A DNA stretch of 50,189 bases from Myxococcales bacterium (GTDB lineage: Bacteria > Myxococcota_A > UBA9042), in contig JBBISH010000035.1 of assembly GCA_037441385.1 (NCBI GenBank), forward strand, positions 1 to 50,189, read 5' to 3'. Below are positions 47,465-50,189 of the stretch, one piece after another; the first letter of the stretch is position 1, and each line of letters opens with the position of its first letter. The notes under the pieces were generated by a model that searched no databases, had not been told where the DNA came from, and was given only the letters and a program-made list of their open reading frames with translations. Position numbers and translations under genes: made by a program.

Positions 47465-50189
47465 ATGACTAACGTAGGGTTGAAGCACTCAGCCCGGCGC
47501 TGGGCGTGGCTGGCACTGGCGGCCGCGCTGGCGGTCCTGTCGGCGGCCTGCGGCAAGACCATCACCGACTACGACAATCTGTATCTCTCGATTACTTCGG
47601 ACAAAACCGACGCACCGATTACCCTGCTGGATTTCGACGTCGCCAAAGTCTCGCCCTCTGACCCCAACGCCATCATCAAGCCCAAGGCCAGCGGCGAGGG
47701 CAAGTTCCAGGTCACGCTGCCGGCGGGCTGGGTGCTGTCCAGCACGGCGTTCCGCGTGCAAATGAGCCCGTCGGCCGACTGGACCGGCGCGGCGACCTTG
47801 CGCATCTTGGGCCGCGACAGCAACGGCGGGATTCGCGCCACTTGGTTTGGCGTCATCAACACGAGCAACAAGACCGAGATGGCCATTCGCCTCGTGTCGG
47901 TCACGGCCAAGAACAATTGCGATCAAGACGGCGACGGCGTACCGGCGTGCACGGTGGAGTGCAAGGCGCAAAAACCGCTGTGCGACTGCGACGACGACCC
48001 CACTCCAGACCCGGCGCATGGCAACACCCCCAAGGGCGCCCGCTCCAGCCCGTTCCTGGTCGAAGACACCTGCCTGGACGCCAACAACGGCATCGACGAA
48101 GACTGCCAAGGCGGCGATGCGGCGGCCTTGGACAGCGACGGCGACAAGGACCCGGACTGCATCGAGCAAAAGCAGTGCCCAACTGTGGGCGGCGTTCCAC
48201 CCGAGAAGAACCCGGCCATCTACCACGGTGCGGCCGAGCTCTGCGACGACATCGACAACAACTGCGACGGCAAGGTCGACGAGGGCATGGCCTTCATCGA
48301 CGGCGACGGCAGCATCAAGACCGGCCTGACCAAGGGCGACAAGTGCGGCCTGGGCGCCTGCGCGACCGATCCCCAAGGCAAGCCCGGTGCCGTAGTATGC
48401 AGCGCCGACCAGAAGAACCTGGTGTGCTCGACGGCCGGCCAGAAGAAGCCCGAAGAATGCGCCAACAAAATCGACGACGACTGCAACGGCCAAACCGACG
48501 AAGGCTGCGAAGCCGACGATTTGGACGGCGACGGCGCGTCGAACAAGCTGGAGCAGGCCTGTGCCTACAAGTACGCCGCTTTCCACGCGGAGTACAACCC
48601 GAACATCAAGAAAGAAGAAGAGAAGTGCTGCCCGCCCGACCAGGATTGCTCGCCGGCCTCGGGCTTGTGGGACTTCAACTGTGACGGCGTGGTCACCCCG
48701 TGCCCGGCCGACGACCCCGACGGCGACGGCAAGACCGGCGCCCTGGACTGCGCGCCCAATGACCCGCAAGTCTATGTAGGCGCAAAGCAAATGTGCGGCG
48801 ACGGCAAGGGCCCGTGCCCAGCCGACGGCGACGTGCCCTGCAACGACGACAAAGACGGCGACAAGTACAACGGCGACGTGGATTGCGACAACAACGACCC
48901 GAACATCCACCCGTTTGCCACCGAACTCTGCAACGGCAAGGACGACGACTGCGACGGCCTGATCGACGAGGGCAATCCCGAAGGCGAGGACAAGGAATGC
49001 GGCAACCCCAATGGGGATTGCGGCTTGCAGAAAGGCAACTTGGTATGCAAGCACTTTGTGGCCAAGACCAGCGACTTCAAACCTGACGACCTGGACTGCG
49101 GCAAGGCGGTCTATCAGCCCCTGGGCGACGGCAAGACCGGCGTCTGCGTGGGCTGCTACGGCGACTACCGCCCCAAGAAAGAGACCTGCGACGACCACGA
49201 TCAGGACTGCGACGGCCAGACCGACGAGGACTTCCCGTACCTGGAAGAAGGCAGCGGCAAAGCCAAGTTGTGGGGCGAGGCCTGCGACGGCGTGGGCACT
49301 TGCGGCGCCGGCACGGTCCAGTGTGCCACCTTGGCCAAGGCCATCTGCTCGTCCGACCCCGGCGGCAAGATCGACCAGAGCAAGGCCGAGACCTGCAACA
49401 ACCTGGACGACAACTGCAACGGCAAGACTGACGAAAACCTGACGAGCGTGCAAGACAGCAAGTGCGAGAAGGTGGGTGTCTGCGGCGCGGACGTGGGCAG
49501 CATCTCGACCATTTGTGTCGCCGGCATTTGGCGTTGCGACTACAGCAAGGTGCCCAAAGTCGAATTCAACAAGACCAAGACCTGCGCCGAGGGCAGCCCG
49601 TCGTGCCAGTGCGACGCCACCGCCGGCAGCTCGCCCAGTTGCTACGCCATGGTCGAGTCGAGCTGCGACGGCGAAGACAACGACTGCGACGGTCAGACCG
49701 ACGAGGACTTTGACTACAGCGACTGGGACGGCAAGCTGCTCAAGATCACCCAGACTTGCGGCACCGGCGCCTGCGTCGGCGGCAAGGTCATCTGCCAAGG
49801 CGGCGGCAACGGCAACGGCAAGCTGGACTGCGACAGCCTGACCAAGGTCACCAAGGAAAAGTGCAACAGCGTCGACGACGACTGCAACGGCAAGACCGAC
49901 GAGTTGAGCGCGATGCCGATCACCGATTCGACCTGCTGGCTGGTCGGCGTCTGCAACCCGAACAACGTGGGCTACAGCTGCCCGGCCGGCAAGTGGCTCT
50001 GCGACTACAGCGGCGTGCAGAACTTTGAAAACGGCAAAGAGATCAGCTGCGACGGCCTGGACAACGACTGCGACGGCAAGACCGACGAGGACTTCGAGTT
50101 CGCCGACTTTGACGGCAGCATCCGCCACGTGGGCGACGGCTGCGGCACCGGCCTGTGCGCCAGCGGCAAGACCGTCTGCACAGCCGACA
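47465..50189 (+). CDS. Large Cys-rich lipoprotein with MopE-like repeats (3'-truncated; absent from the ORF track because it has no stop)
   Basis: ATG 47465 translates as MTNVGLKHSARRWAWLALAAALAVLSAAC (lipobox), a beta-rich domain, then repeats such as ELCDDIDNNCDGKVDEG, CNGKDDDCDGLIDEG and SCDGLDNDCDGKTDED; frame appears open to the window end. Confidence 0.9.
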   Translation, partial: MTNVGLKHSARRWAWLALAAALAVLSAACGKTITDYDNLYLSITSDKTDAPITLLDFDVAKVSPSDPNAIIKPKASGEGKFQVTLPAGWVLSSTAFRVQMSPSADWTGAATLRILGRDSNGGIRATWFGVINTSNKTEMAIRLVSVTAKNNCDQDGDGVPACTVECKAQKPLCDCDDDPTPDPAHGNTPKGARSSPFLVEDTCLDANNGIDEDCQGGDAAALDSDGDKDPDCIEQKQCPTVGGVPPEKNPAIYHGAAELCDDIDNNCDGKVDEGMAFIDGDGSIKTGLTKGDKCGLGACATDPQGKPGAVVCSADQKNLVCSTAGQKKPEECANKIDDDCNGQTDEGCEADDLDGDGASNKLEQACAYKYAAFHAEYNPNIKKEEEKCCPPDQDCSPASGLWDFNCDGVVTPCPADDPDGDGKTGALDCAPNDPQVYVGAKQMCGDGKGPCPADGDVPCNDDKDGDKYNGDVDCDNNDPNIHPFATELCNGKDDDCDGLIDEGNPEGEDKECGNPNGDCGLQKGNLVCKHFVAKTSDFKPDDLDCGKAVYQPLGDGKTGVCVGCYGDYRPKKETCDDHDQDCDGQTDEDFPYLEEGSGKAKLWGEACDGVGTCGAGTVQCATLAKAICSSDPGGKIDQSKAETCNNLDDNCNGKTDENLTSVQDSKCEKVGVCGADVGSISTICVAGIWRCDYSKVPKVEFNKTKTCAEGSPSCQCDATAGSSPSCYAMVESSCDGEDNDCDGQTDEDFDYSDWDGKLLKITQTCGTGACVGGKVICQGGGNGNGKLDCDSLTKVTKEKCNSVDDDCNGKTDELSAMPITDSTCWLVGVCNPNNVGYSCPAGKWLCDYSGVQNFENGKEISCDGLDNDCDGKTDEDFEFADFDGSIRHVGDGCGTGLCASGKTVCTAD

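Noticed and set aside
47489..50128. 879-aa minus-strand ORF
   Set aside because: Antisense shadow of the real plus-strand lipoprotein starting at 47465.

Overview
A 50-kb GC-rich bacterial chromosome segment; gene content suggests a Myxococcota-like (deltaproteobacterial) organism, which is inference only. Housekeeping genes: lspA-lgt-uppS-cdsA-lipB, ribF-aroE, rnpB-aroA, an RluA-family gene and tRNA-Pro(TGG). Four secreted Cys-rich lipoproteins are present, including a ~4,090-aa giant and a 3'-truncated gene missing from the ORF track. The most notable system is an expanded His-Xaa-Ser (Hxs)-type radical SAM cluster at 25.8-32.5 kb: three HxsC-like proteins, two HxsD-like proteins and HxsB, followed by two paralogous predicted beta-barrels. 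No HxsA precursor is visible in the window. About 9 kb away lies a fusion of a B12-dependent radical SAM enzyme with a second, HxsC-like radical SAM domain. Non-coding highlights are a candidate sigma-54-dependent ~80-nt sRNA with three phased enhancer-like sites (1146-1394) and a diverged ~110-190-bp element repeated in three consecutive intergenic regions (3.0-5.0 kb). No transposase, integrase, prophage or CRISPR array was seen. All family assignments come from motif recognition by eye, not database searches.
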